From assembly GCA_951406725.2 (NCBI GenBank), contig OX597822.1, positions 91,574,001 to 91,638,000 of the forward strand: 64,000 bases of DNA, in the 5' to 3' direction. The notes beneath the pieces are model-generated. The model was not told where the DNA came from. It made no database searches and saw only the letters and a list, made by a program, of their open reading frames with translations. The stretch's first letter is position 1, and the number at the start of each line of letters is the position of its first letter. This document shows, piece by piece, positions 50,970 to 63,200 of the stretch. The translations under genes and the position numbers were made by a program. Source of the stretch: Octopus vulgaris. Lineage: Eukaryota.

Positions 50970-51961
50970 AGATCTTTTCCCTTTCAACAGCAGATCGAGA
51001 AATTCATTTTTTGTAACTAAACACTTCCAAACTTCAGACACTGGTAGAATGTGTCATATAAAACATCTTTTAGTCTTAGTGGTGTTGAGAAAAGTTTATA
51101 TTTTCAAAGTTATTTCGTGTTAAAGTTGTTGTGTTTTGGTAATTTCAACCAATCAATGACATGTATTCAGCTGAATAAAGTTACTGCTTTTGTTTGTCAA
51201 CAACAACTTCCGGCTGTGTATATTTCGTTTGTCACTGTTATTTATGACATCATTCGTGCATTTAGCTTTAGGGTTTTAGGGTTAGGGTTAGGGTTTTAGA
51301 GTTAGGCTTAGGGTTTTAGGGTTAGGGTTTTAGAGTTAGGGTTAAGGTTTTAGGGTTACGGTTAATGTTAGGGTTTTCGGGTTAGGGTTGGGGTTTTAGG
51401 GTTAGAGTTACGGAAAAAAGTGAAAAATGAGGAAATTGGAGGGGAGGAGTAAGGGAGGGGCAACAAATTTCAAAATTCCGATTCTTGACAAAAAAGATTA
51501 AAAAAAAGACAATAATTTGCAAGAAAATGGGGGGAAGAGGAAGTCTTTCCAAAAATAATAGCTGAAAAACAGCAAAAACCCTAAAAGCAGTAGAAATGCC
51601 CGAACAATTATGGTGGTGCCATGAAGTAAACATGCTTCAGATACATTCGTTTATTCATCCGAATGTAACTGAGATGAAATATGTCATAAATAACAGTGAC
51701 AAACGAAATATACACCACTGGAAGTTGTTGTTGACAAACAACAGCAGTAATTTTATTTGGCTGAATACACGTCATTGATTGGTTGAAATTACCAAAATAC
51801 AACAACTTTAACACGAAATAACTTTGAAAATATAAACTTTTCTCAACAGCACTAAGAGTAAAAGATGTTTTATATGACACATTCTACCAGTATCCGAAGT
51901 TTGGAAGTGTTTAGTTACAAAAAATTAATTTCTCGATCTGCCATTGAAAAGGAAAAGATCC
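50970..51961. mobile_element. Non-autonomous DNA transposon with ~280-bp TIRs, 8-bp TSD and an internal telomere-like array
   Basis: TIRs 50970-51250 and 51681-51961, termini (A)GATC...GATCC. TSD AATATCAC at 50962-50969 and 51962-51969. Confidence 0.92.
51261..51410 (+). repeat. Degenerate TTAGGG/TTTTAGGG array
   Basis: About 20 mixed TTAGGG and TTTTAGGG units, seen directly. Confidence 0.92.
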
Positions 51962-52029
51962 AATATCACTAAGCATTTAATCCAGTGTGCTAACAATCCT
52001 GCTAGCTCACGCCTTATGTAATAATAATA

Positions 52030-52941
52030 ATGATGATTTATAGCTGGAATTTATAAATATTTTAATGCATCGCTATGTGCATTTCCACAAATCACATGTT
52101 TCTTAAGATCATACTCCATATTTCTGGGATACAGTCCATAGTATCCATAGACATCAGGTGGATCATATTCATGCGTTCATTTCTTCAGGCGCCATGGCAT
52201 TAACGGATGTATAACTGAGGGTTGTTTGTCAATTTTGACCAATGAAAAGGTTGATTGAGGTATGTGAACAGTTCCATGTGTATTTGGTGAGGAGGAGTGG
52301 AAGTTCATGGAAAGATAGAAAGGAACGGTAGTTATAAAGGAGATGGAGGTGTGTCAGTGAAGTGGTGTTAGACTTATTTTGATATTTGAGTATGCTGATG
52401 TCAGGATGGGTAGTATAGTTCTTTGGTTTGACCTTAGTCACAACAGGCATCCCCTCAATGAATCCAGATGTAGTTGGCTCAGCAGGTTATTGGAGTTCAC
52501 TGTCTGAGTTGGCAAATGATATTCTCTTACAATATCCTTTTAATTACTTTTGGTGGTATAATGGTATATCCTGTAGCATATAAAAATAGTGGTTATTTTG
52601 TTTAGTTCTTTATCTGTTCATCTCTTGTTCTATTATATGCTAAAGGTGGTTAGTGTTTTTTCTGTCTCAAAATGCTTTTTCAAATTCAAAGAATGTTGCC
52701 TTGCTTTTATGCTTACATGATATAACTTAAGAGTGCCAATTAATTATGTTTTCTCTGGATGTGATGACCAGTAAGGTTTCTCTAGGAGTGGCTGTGTGGT
52801 AAGTAGCCTGCTTACCAGCCACATGATTCCGGGTTCAGTCCCACTGAATAGCATCATGGGCAAGTGTCTTCTACTATAGCCTCAGACCAACCAAAGCTTT
52901 GAGAGTAGGTTTTGGTGAACGGAAACTGAAAGAAGCCTGTC

Positions 52942-53010
<69 letters not shown>

Positions 53011-53870
53011 TGTGTGTGTTTGTGTGTGTGTGTTTATATATGTTTGTGTGTCTGTGTCTGTCCCCACTATTGCTTGACAACTGATGTTGATGTGTTTATG
53101 TTCCTGTAACTTAGCGGTTTGGTAAAAGAGTCTGATAGAATAAGTACTAGGCTTACAAAGAATAAATCCTGGGGCTGATTTGTTGGACTAAAGGCGGTGC
53201 TCCAGCATGGCTGCAGTCAAATGACTGAAACAAATATAAGAATAAAAGAATAGAATCCATGATGTTCTATTGTATGGTGCAGAATTTTTATTATAGACCA
53301 GCAAGTCATATGCTCCACTCCATTCTTTTTGAGTCTCCAGAGGAGATTAGATAGTGGTGTGGAGGGCTTTGCTTACATTGGAAAATTACGACAGATGATT
53401 GCACAGACAATTTATCATGGTGTACACATATTTCTGTGTACCCACCTTCAACTCACATTTGTAAAACCCGTTCTTTATCATGCAATTGTTGTTAAAATTG
53501 CATTCCTTTTTTTGTCAGCAGTTACATGTTATATTATCCTTTCCGGTTCTTTCCGGTAAGCAGAGGTATTACTGGTGGTTACATTTGTTCTTCCTCCTGT
53601 AACTGTGTTCGGCATTGTTTGAACCAGTTTTTGCTATTAATGAGGTTTTATTATACCCATTTGCAACCTTTCCATTGTTGTTTATGTTACGTGCTGCAGT
53701 TTTTCTTTTTGCCCCCCCCCTCTAGTTTTATCCTATTGAGTTTTATATTACTTAGTTTGTGTATGATTGTAAGAGGTCACATATGCTAATTTTACATTAT
53801 GCCTGTTGATGATTTTGTGATATTTGGAAGATTTTGGGAAGTGCCAATCTAACACTGAGAAGAATTCCCG
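52030..53870 (-). mobile_element. Penelope-like remnant(s) (Zn-knuckle and GIY-YIG), split by a SINE
   Basis: Minus strand TCNC*QKKECNFNNNCMIKNGFYKCELK..YVY..LSNLLWRLKKNG..WSII. It resumes past the SINE with ETLLV..NIIN..ISCKHK. Outer limits uncertain. Confidence 0.7.
52784..53252 (+). mobile_element. tRNA-derived SINE, full length
   Basis: Head AGGAGTGGCTGTGTGGTAAG..GGGTTCAGTCCC, internal (TG)n, tail CAGTCAAATGACTGAAAC. Confidence 0.92.
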
Positions 53871-53885
53871 ACCTATTTTGGATGT

Positions 53886-56800
53886 TGTTGTGCGAGAATG
53901 GTGAGAATGGGTAGGACCATTACATATAAATAGTAGCGGTCTGAGTAAGTGAGGTAGTTCGTGTGTTGATAATTCAAAGTTGGAGCTCGAAGTTTACAGT
54001 TTGAGTTAGCATGTTGGATTGTTGGTTCTTAAAAGATTGTTTTTACATTCCATGTGGTTGCTGCCGTTTGTTTCGACTTAATTGTTATTAAACTGTTGCA
54101 GTGTATTCAATCATCCATAAGGATATAACATCTGATGACAAGGATCATCTGAAACTCATATTGGCTATTTGACAATTTCTACTCATGAAAAAAATCTATT
54201 AGCCGTAGTAGTACAGCTTCAAGAGAAGCAATAGGAACAACTACAGGAGTTGCTAAAAACAAATACTACAACAACAACAACAACAATTGAGTTACAGTTG
54301 GCAAAGTCTGAAAATCCAGTAAGCTTGTTTACACTGGACAGTGTAGCTAACGTAATTTCTGAATTTACTTATAATGCGGAGGAGGGTATTGTGTTTCCTG
54401 CGTATTATGGAAGATACAAGGAAATTTTTATCAATGAGTGCAATTCATGGTCAGAGAAGCAGAAAGTAAGGCTTTTACTATGCAATATAGCTTCCTGCCA
54501 AACATGAGCATTACAGTAACTGTATTCTGCCCCAAAAGTCGAGTTAGATTGGTTTCCAAGAAACTGGAACTGCTTTCAAAATTTTTTTGTCATAGAAGTT
54601 CATTATTCAACACCAGAATGGAGTGTTAGAATTTAACAAAAAATGAGGAGGAGGATTTTATCACCTATGCTGGAGTAGTCAACTGTATGTGTAAAAATGT
54701 CAAACTCCAGGACCTCCCTCAGGATATGCTCAAATCAATTATTTTTGTGCAAGGACTTATAGCACCTGAAGATAAAAGAAATTTGAGCAAGGATTCTCTA
54801 CAGACCATCACAAAAGAATGTCAGACTATGGTAAATCTTGAACATGGTGTAAAAAAATACAAGATAAAGACCCTGCAAAAATTCTAATGTGTCGTCTCAG
54901 GAAGCACAATCAAAAACAATGCCAAGCTCTGATCCGTGTTATGGTTGTGGAGGCTTACACTGCAAAAAGGATTGTCTGTTTAAAAACAGAAAATGCCATA
55001 GTTGTCAGAAGCTGGGATACAAGAGTTCTCATTGTAGAACAAGACTATGAGGCTCAAACACAAAAAGTTCTAAGGTATTTTCAGCAGAGAGTAATTGCGA
55101 CACAAAAAGAGAAAATTTGTACACTTAAAAATAAATGATGTGAATACCAAATTACAATTAGACACAGGTAGTGACATCTCAATTATAAATGTGGATATTT
55201 GGAAAAAAATTGGTAAACTTAGATTACATAAAACAGCAAAAATAGCACGTGGTGTAACAGGCAATGAATTACATTTCATGAGTGAAACATGTATTGATAT
55301 CACATATTGAGGAGAGACATGTGAAGCAAAATTATTCATTGTGGATAATACAATCAATCTGTTTGGCACAGATTGGTAAGAACTATTCAATTTATGACAC
55401 CTCCCTATAATTTTTTACTGCAATAACATAAATGGTTGTCCCATTAAAAACAATTCTTCGGAAGAACTGAAGAAAATCTTGAAAATAAATTTTCCCACTT
55501 AGGTCCATGTAGAAGTCGGAAGCCTATTGAACCTGTATTTAAATTTAAAGCAAACAGAAAAGTACTGTTCATGGCAATTGAAACCGTAAATGAAGAGTTG
55601 GACAGACTCAAAAAGAGTGGAGTCATCAAAAAGGTGGATTACTCGAAGTGGGTGGCACCCACAGTATGTAATAAAAAAAAGAAGAATAGACTGTGTGCCG
55701 ATTTCTCTAAAAGATTGAACGACTGCTTAAAAGTATACCACCATCCACTCTCAATTGCAGAGAACATTTTTTTCAAAGTTAAATGGTGGAAAAATTTTTT
55801 CCAAATTAGATCTGTCTGAAGCCTATTTACAGATAAAAGTAAATGAAAAATGCTCAAAGTATTTGACAATAAATACACACAGAGGATTGTACAGATACAC
55901 ACAATTACCTTTTGGATTAAAAGTGGCACCAGCAATATTCCAGCAAATCATGGATACTATGTTATCTGATTGTGAATTTGCAATCCCATACTTGGACAAT
56001 ATTTTGATCAAGAGTAATTCTTGTGAACAGCATGTGGAACACATAAAAGCTGTGTTTAAGGAAATTAAAGATTTCAGGTTCACTTTGAGTGAAGAAAAAA
56101 GGGAATTCTTTCTACCCCAAATTAAGTACTTAGGGCAAATAATTGATAAAAGTGGTAGATGTCCTGACCCATCAAGGGCAGACGCAATAAGGAATATGCC
56201 TGTGCTAACAAATATTCCAACATTACAAGCATTTCATGGGTTGGCAATATATTATCAAAGCTACATTTCTAATATGCACAAGTTAAGGGGTCCAGTGAAC
56301 GACTTATTAAAAAAAAAGGCGTAAATTGAAATTGGTCCACTAAATGTCAGAACACATTTGAAGAAATGAAAAGAATTCTAATCTCAGACCTGCTGTTAGC
56401 ACATTACGATTCTGAAATGGACATCATTGTAGCATCTGATGCCTCTGAGCATGGATTAGGTGCAGCTCTACTTCATAAATAAATATGAAAGTACAAAACC
56501 AGTGGTTTATGTTTCATACTCGCCAATAGCAGCAGAGAAGAAATACAGTCAAATTGAAAAGGAGCCCCAAGCAATTATTTTTTTTTAAGTTAAATTTCAC
56601 AGGTTTCTGCATGGCAGAAGTTTATTATCGCTAACAGACCATAGACCTTTGCTGTCAATTTATGGGTCTAAAAAAAGGGTTACTGACTCATACTGTGAAC
56701 TGCCTGCAATGATGAAGTGTAATATTACTAAATTATAATTTCAAAATGCAATACATTCCACTGAAAAAAATCAGTCATGCAAATTGCCTTTTAAGATTAA

Positions 56801-58671
56801 TTCCAAAAAATATGGAACCACTAGAAGAGACTATTATAGCTGCACTTCAGGCAGAAAGTGAAATTAAAGTGTTATGATGAACGTTATCCAAGAACTACGA
56901 GTGATGGCAAGAACTACCAGTAAAAGCCGTAAGTGATGAGTATATTACAAAAATAAAAGAAGCTTTAAAAAGTAAACAGAATAAAAATTCAGATGACAGT
57001 AGTTTTTCAATTTGTGATGATATTCCTATGTAAGCCCAAAGAGTGGTAGTTCCAACTGCATTACAAAATGGTGTGTTGCAACAATTTCATGGTGGACATC
57101 TAGGAATGGCAAGGATACAAGCTCTGATGAGGAGTTATGTCTATTGGCCGTCTATGGATCAAGACATCAAAAACTTGGTGAGAACATGTCGAGGTTGCAC
57201 ACTCGCAGCTATAGCTTCAGTAAAATATCAACTGTGACTAGAGACAGAGAACCCATGGTCTAGGTTACACATTGATTATGCTGGACCAGTAAACGGCACT
57301 TACTACCTCATCACAGTAGATAGCTATACTAAGTGGCTTGTAGGTGCTATAGACCAACCTCTAAGACAACTATAAAGTTCTTGAATTATCTGGTGTCCCT
57401 GACATGCTAGTTTCAAACAATGGAATACAGAACTCTGTAAAAGCAAATTTTCACTCCGCCCTGCCACCTGAGGTCAAATGGGCAGGTAGAAAGATTTGTG
57501 GACACCTTTAAGCGAACATTAAAAAAAGGGAGGAATGAATTAAGTAACGATGAAGAACTGACAAACTTCTTAAGAATATACAGAGTATCCCCACCCCAAT
57601 CCAAATACAAATTCAGGGAAGTCTCCTGCAGAATTGATGTTTACAAGAAGAATAAAATACACTTTTGATAAGCTAATACCAGAGAAAAAAGACATAAAGG
57701 AAATACGAAAGAGCCAACAAAATACATCAAAATATGTGATAAAGTGCATTTCAAAACCTATAGAAATAGTAAAGAAGGCTGGGAAGATGGCCTTGTTACC
57801 AGAAAAATTGGAAGTATAATGTATCTAATTAAAAGATCACATGGTGAACATAAGAGACATATAAACTAACTAAGGAAGAGGAATACACAAGATCAGGAAG
57901 AAATGCCCACGGAAGTATTCTGTGAAATATTTGATGTACCGGTTCCAAAAGTAATACAGTCCCGTTGAATCAGCATGAGAAAAATAAAACAGACCGACCA
58001 CCTTGAGATAATGCTCTAGCAAAAGATACTGATATATTGGCTTCCGTGCCAGTGGCATGTAGGAGGCACCATTCGAGTGGGATTGTTACCAGTATCATCT
58101 TACTGGCACCTGTGCAGTTGGCATGTGTAAAAATTCGAGCGAGGTCGTTGCCAGTACCGCCTGACTGGCCCCTCCATACCGGTGGCACGTAACAGCACCC
58201 ACTACACTCTCGAAGTGGTTGGTGTTAGGAAGGGCATCCAGCTGTAGAAACTCTGCCAGATCAAGACTGGAGCTTAGTGCAGCCATCTGGTCAAACCGTC
58301 CAGCCTCATGCTAGCATGGAAAACGGATGTTAAATGATGATGATGATGATATATATATATATATATATTTTCTTTATTCCATTGGAACATGAAATCTCAA
58401 AAGGGGAGATATTGTGTGAGAGTACAATGCCTCCTGGCGAGAATGGACTGGATCACTACATATGAATAGCAGTCTTCTGAGTAAGTGAGGTAGTTAATGC
58501 TAGTTTCAGAGTTTATGTATTGATAGTTCAAAATTTATAGTTTGTGTTAGTGTGTTGCATTGCTGGTTTTTAAAAGATTGTTGCTGTGTTCCATGAGGTT
58601 ACTGCCATTTGTTTCAGTTATATTGTTATAACACTGCTGCAGTGCATTCGTTGATTCATAAGAATATATCA
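53886..58671 (+). mobile_element. Full-length but decayed Ty3/Gypsy LTR retrotransposon
   Basis: LTRs 53886-54130 and 58410-58671. PPT AAAAGGGGAGA. CCHC knuckle CYGCGGLHCKKDC, protease LDTGS, RT LPFGL..YLDNIL, RNase H DAS, integrase H..GH..C..C. Many stops. Confidence 0.92.
58035..58350 (+). mobile_element. RTE 3' UTR fragment inserted in the Gypsy element
   Basis: GGTGGCACGT..GGTGTTAGGAAGGGCATCCAGC..(GAT)n. Confidence 0.85.
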
Positions 58672-58971
58672 AAAATTTTATTTGTGAATTGAAAATTGGG
58701 TTAAACCAAATAATTTCATCACTTGTGGCAATGCATTAAAATATTTATACATTCCATCCGTGGATTATTATTATCATTATTATTACTATATTTATCCTAC
58801 ATTCTGTCAGCACAACTCAGTGTGGCTCCAAAAACTGGTATTTCCAGTCAGTATTACTAGACTGTAGTCATAAAATAAGAGCTTTTATATGCATATTCAA
58901 AATGTTTCCCGTAAATGAACTTAAAGGATATATATTTTTAGTATGTATATTTATATATGTATGTGTATATG

Positions 58972-59019
<48 letters not shown>

Positions 59020-59078
59020 TAGTAGTAGTATGACAACAAAACTCGGAGTTTTATTATGCCAACCAAATAATTGTCACA

Positions 59079-59124
<46 letters not shown>

Positions 59125-59272
59125 ACTTATAAAATAAGTGCAAAGAAAAAATTCTAATTTTCTTTTGCCCTTATTTTATAAATTATTTATAAATTTAACC
59201 TTTAAAGGGATTTTTTAATATGCTGGCGATTGATAAAAATTTATTTTTCAAAACACATTTTATCCTACATTA

Positions 59273-59317
<45 letters not shown>

Positions 59318-59323
<6 letters not shown>

Positions 59324-59615
59324 ATGTTTTTTCAGGATGGTAATTTTATTTTGCCAAATAAACACGTGCACTATATATTTGTTTTTCACTTCAGCTTTAT
59401 TGTCGTTTTTATTTTTGTGTCCTTGGTCTTAAATCTTTCATCACACATACTATGACCTCTTGAGCAACTCTCCATCTCATGTGTCTCCTCCTGTTCTGTT
59501 TATTCCAGTCTGTCTTTCTATCTTTCTATAGTGTGTACCACTAAACAATGATAAAGCTGAAGTGAAGAATGAATATATGATGCAAAAAATAATTACCACC
59601 TTGAAGTATAACAAT
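59318..59615. repeat. Fold-back element adjoining (TA)n
   Basis: ATTGTTAT..GGTAATT..TTCACTTCAGCTTTAT is mirrored by ATAAAGCTGAAGTGAA..AATTACC..ATAACAAT. Confidence 0.75.
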
Positions 59616-59715
59616 ATCTGTTTCAACACATGATTTCACATCAGGAATCTTGAAAAACAAATACATAGACATATACACACACACACACACGTGCACACAC
59701 ACAATCAGGAAGCTC

Positions 59716-60500
59716 AATGTTATGGCTGGTCAGAGAGTGACCATTAGTTTTGCACCTATCAAAAGTGCTTTGCTATATAAACAACTCATCAGGCTCAAAT
59801 AGCCAAAGGCAATAACCTCTCTACAACTGGTGGGAGGAAGACATGGTCAGTTAGTTTTGTAAACAAAAAAATACATTCAGAATGGCCATACAGGAGTGGC
59901 TGTGTGGTAAGTAGCTTGTTTACCAACCACATGGTTCCGGGTTCAGTCCCACTGCATGGCACCTTGGGCAAGTGTCTTCTACTAAAGCCTTGTGAGTGGA
60001 TTTGGTAGACAGAAACTGAAAGAAGCCCATCGTATGTATGTATATATATATATATGTGTGTGTGCGGGTATGTTTGTGTGTCTGTGTTTGTTCCCCTAGC
60101 ATTGCTTGACAACCGATGCTGGTGTGCTTATGTCCCCGTCACTTAGCGGTTCGGCAAAAGAGACCAATAGAATAAGTACTAGGCTTACAAAGAATAAGTC
60201 CTGGGGTCGATTTGTTCGACTAAAAGGTGGTGCCCCAGCATGCCGCAGTCAAATGACTGAAATAAGTAAAAAGAGAGAATACAGAAAGTGTTACAGACAC
60301 TCCCTTACATAACCTGGTCCTGCCTGTAACATCCTCTGAATGTATGTTTTGTTTATAAAACTAACTAATCCTGACGTCTTTTTCCCTTCAGTTGTAGAAA
60401 GGCTATGTGCCTTCAGCTGTTTGAGTCTGATGAGTCACCTGTATTGCTAAGTATTTTATATGTGCAAAGCCAATAGTCACTCTCTGACCAGTCATAACAA
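59716..60500. mobile_element. Penelope-type fold-back element with hammerhead motifs, SINE inserted in its centre
   Basis: Arms 59716-59883 and 60336-60500 are inverted. Same terminal sequence family as 42435-43140. Confidence 0.78.
59892..60280 (+). mobile_element. tRNA-derived SINE
   Basis: Same family as 52784, with a small internal deletion. Confidence 0.92.
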
Positions 60501-60753
60501 TCAACATTTAAAAAAATATATTACTGTTTTAGAGTATACTTTTTTTTAGCTAAATGAACTACTGAATATATATATATATATATATAATTTTGGCATATTT
60601 GGCATTAGAAATTTTTTCGGTTGCCCTTATTTATAAGTTGTTTATAAATTTAACCTTTAAAGTTATTTTTCAATATGCTGGCCATTGATAAAATTTTTTT
60701 TCGAAAAAATTTTATCCTACATTAAGTATATATATATATATATACAGACATAC

Positions 60754-60841
<88 letters not shown>

Positions 60842-61228
60842 TTATACGTAAAACACCACAGCCACAACATAAACATCTTTCAAAGTAACAAAAAGGCTAA
60901 ATTCCTCACATGGATATATTTGTGACTTTAAGGGGTTCATGCTTCATGCATTTCTTAGGAATATTAGTTGTATAATGAAAATTTTTATCAACTAGAATGG
61001 AAAGTAGGTAACAGCTTGTTGAGGGAATATCTCTCTATTCTATATTATGTTGGGGAATGAATGGCTGAAATCACTGATTCATAAAAATGATATATGAACT
61101 AAAGTTGGAATTAAAAATTTTGATTTGGATTTCATTTATTTTTTATTGTGAATATACTTGGCTTAGAAAAAGGTGAATGAAAATTGGTAATCCAACTATA
61201 CTCATTCTAGGTTTTATTCAAGATATAC

Positions 61229-61259
<31 letters not shown>

Positions 61260-63036
61260 ATGAACTTATTGTATTCAGTGCTCAGGTGCACAACAACTTA
61301 TCAGAAAAAGTAACCAAACTACATGAACAATACATAGACTGCACACACGAAGTGAACAGTGAATGAGTTCTTAAGTTTCAAAGAATGTTGTGTCCCAACA
61401 GCTAACAACTGATGTGGGCAATTTATTCTAGTTTATTAACCTCCAGTTTTGTCTGAGTTTTTATCACTGAATCATATAAACAGATAATATATCTATCTTG
61501 TAATATAAATGAATATTGTCATTTATCTTCTAATATTTTGTACCCCAATTTGTTCCCATATTTACAAAATGTATGATTGTTTAAATACACTATTTGAAAA
61601 ATTAAAAAGGGGTTAATTGAAGTTATTTTTTTTAAGGTTTCAGTAAAACATTTAAAGAATGAAGTTGTCCCTCTACATTATTGCAATCAACTATTTATCT
61701 TCATAATCACTCCTGTCTACTTAAGGGTAATAGGCCAATGACACAGCCTCTAAACAGCTGCTTGATCTGCTAGGTATAGCAGCCAAATGTCCCAACATAT
61801 CGCATACTATTGTCTTAAAAAAAGAAAGAAAATATTGAAAAATATTTCCGCTTATATAAAAAAAATGACAAGTTGGTCATGACTGGAATGTCTTTGGTCA
61901 TAGGTCAGATTCATCAGAGCTGAAGTAAGAGTAAACAACAACAACCACTGCATGAGGAAAAACTGAATTGCCATCATCCACCAATAAACAAAGTGAAAGG
62001 ATGGCATTCAGGAAATGACATTTTATGTAACTGTCTTGGACCAAAAAGTGGGAGTTTACTTTATATTCAAAGGTGCCCATGTAGTATAACAAGGTATCTT
62101 GTATTTCCATAGTTAAAATTGGTGTTTGGAGGAAAGTGAAATTTTTGTCATAGTCCATGTGTTATATTAATTTAAAACTTACTAACTTAATTTAAAAAAT
62201 ATTTATTACAATCAATACTACTATTGTTAAAAGTAACAAATTAGTATGAATATTTGGTTTCTTTCAAAGCGATCAGATTGACTTTGGCATTCATTCCTCT
62301 GGGAGAGATAAAGCAAGTATCACTGATACTAGTGAAGCCAATTAAATATACATTCTCCTCTAGAAAATTTGGCCTTGTATTTAAAACTAATTATTTATAT
62401 CATTATTAAGGCAGTGGAGATGACTGTACCAACCAACTGTTTAGATGAAATTTGCTTCCTAGCTCTTAGTTAAAACAAGCCTTATAATAATACAGGGGTG
62501 GTGTATTCAATTGACTATACATCACTTATTTTTTAAAAATCACAATTGTCACATCCTTCCCCTTCCTGAGTTAAGTTCCCTCATAATTAAATTAAAATTT
62601 TATATTTCTGAGATGAGACTTTTCATTTATGCAACATTTTTATTCTAGCCCCTTCTGCATGTTTTATAAAACTATTGTTAAAATAATTATTTTAAAAATC
62701 TTCCATTGGTGGTTTTATAATTCTTTTTCTATACTGCCACGAATTGGACAGCTTTAAAGACACCTACATCAGTCCGAATGCTACAAAATCTTTTTAAAAT
62801 CTATTATCAATAGTATATTATTTCCTCTAAGTGTGACAAACAGAGTCAATTGCTTAGCATTTTATATCCAGGAAGTGTTAATAGACATAAGGAAAAATAA
62901 TATTCCTCCTTCTTCTAATGTTATTAATAGCATAAGTGAAGTGACAGACCAGTTCCACAGCACTTGTAAAGATAAAAAGATTTAAAACATGAAATAAATT
63001 AAGAACTACTGAGACTACTGAGTTGGTTATACTTAC

Positions 63037-63200
63037 TACTAGCTGTGGAACCAGTACATGTACTGTCTGATACTGTACTGCAATTACTGCGCATGCTGCT
63101 TGTCCTGCCATTGGTGTGATGAGATCTTGACGGAATTACAGTATTGTGGACCCAAGCAGTCAGATTTGCTAGTTGGGCCTCCATCCGTTCCATTCGAACC
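63037..63200 (-). CDS. SRCIN1-like: Host gene exon A (VRMERMEAQLANLTAWVH...GSTAS)
   Basis: Acceptor ctttcattacag, donor gtaagt, 164 nt, phase 2/1. RMExMExQLAxLT is the SRCIN1/KIAA1217/CG32809 motif as I recall it. Confidence 0.92.

Larger units (their letters stand above)
50857..52016 (-). mobile_element. SINE (24226 family) split by the 50970-51961 insertion
   Basis: GGAATTTGAACTCAGAA..GAAATATCAC [insertion] TAAGCATTT..GTGCTAAC..GCTAGCTCACGCCT is continuous across the insertion. Confidence 0.85.

Noticed and set aside
51261-51410. True telomere or chromosome-fusion scar
   Set aside because: Short, degenerate, single orientation, and enclosed by TIRs and a TSD.
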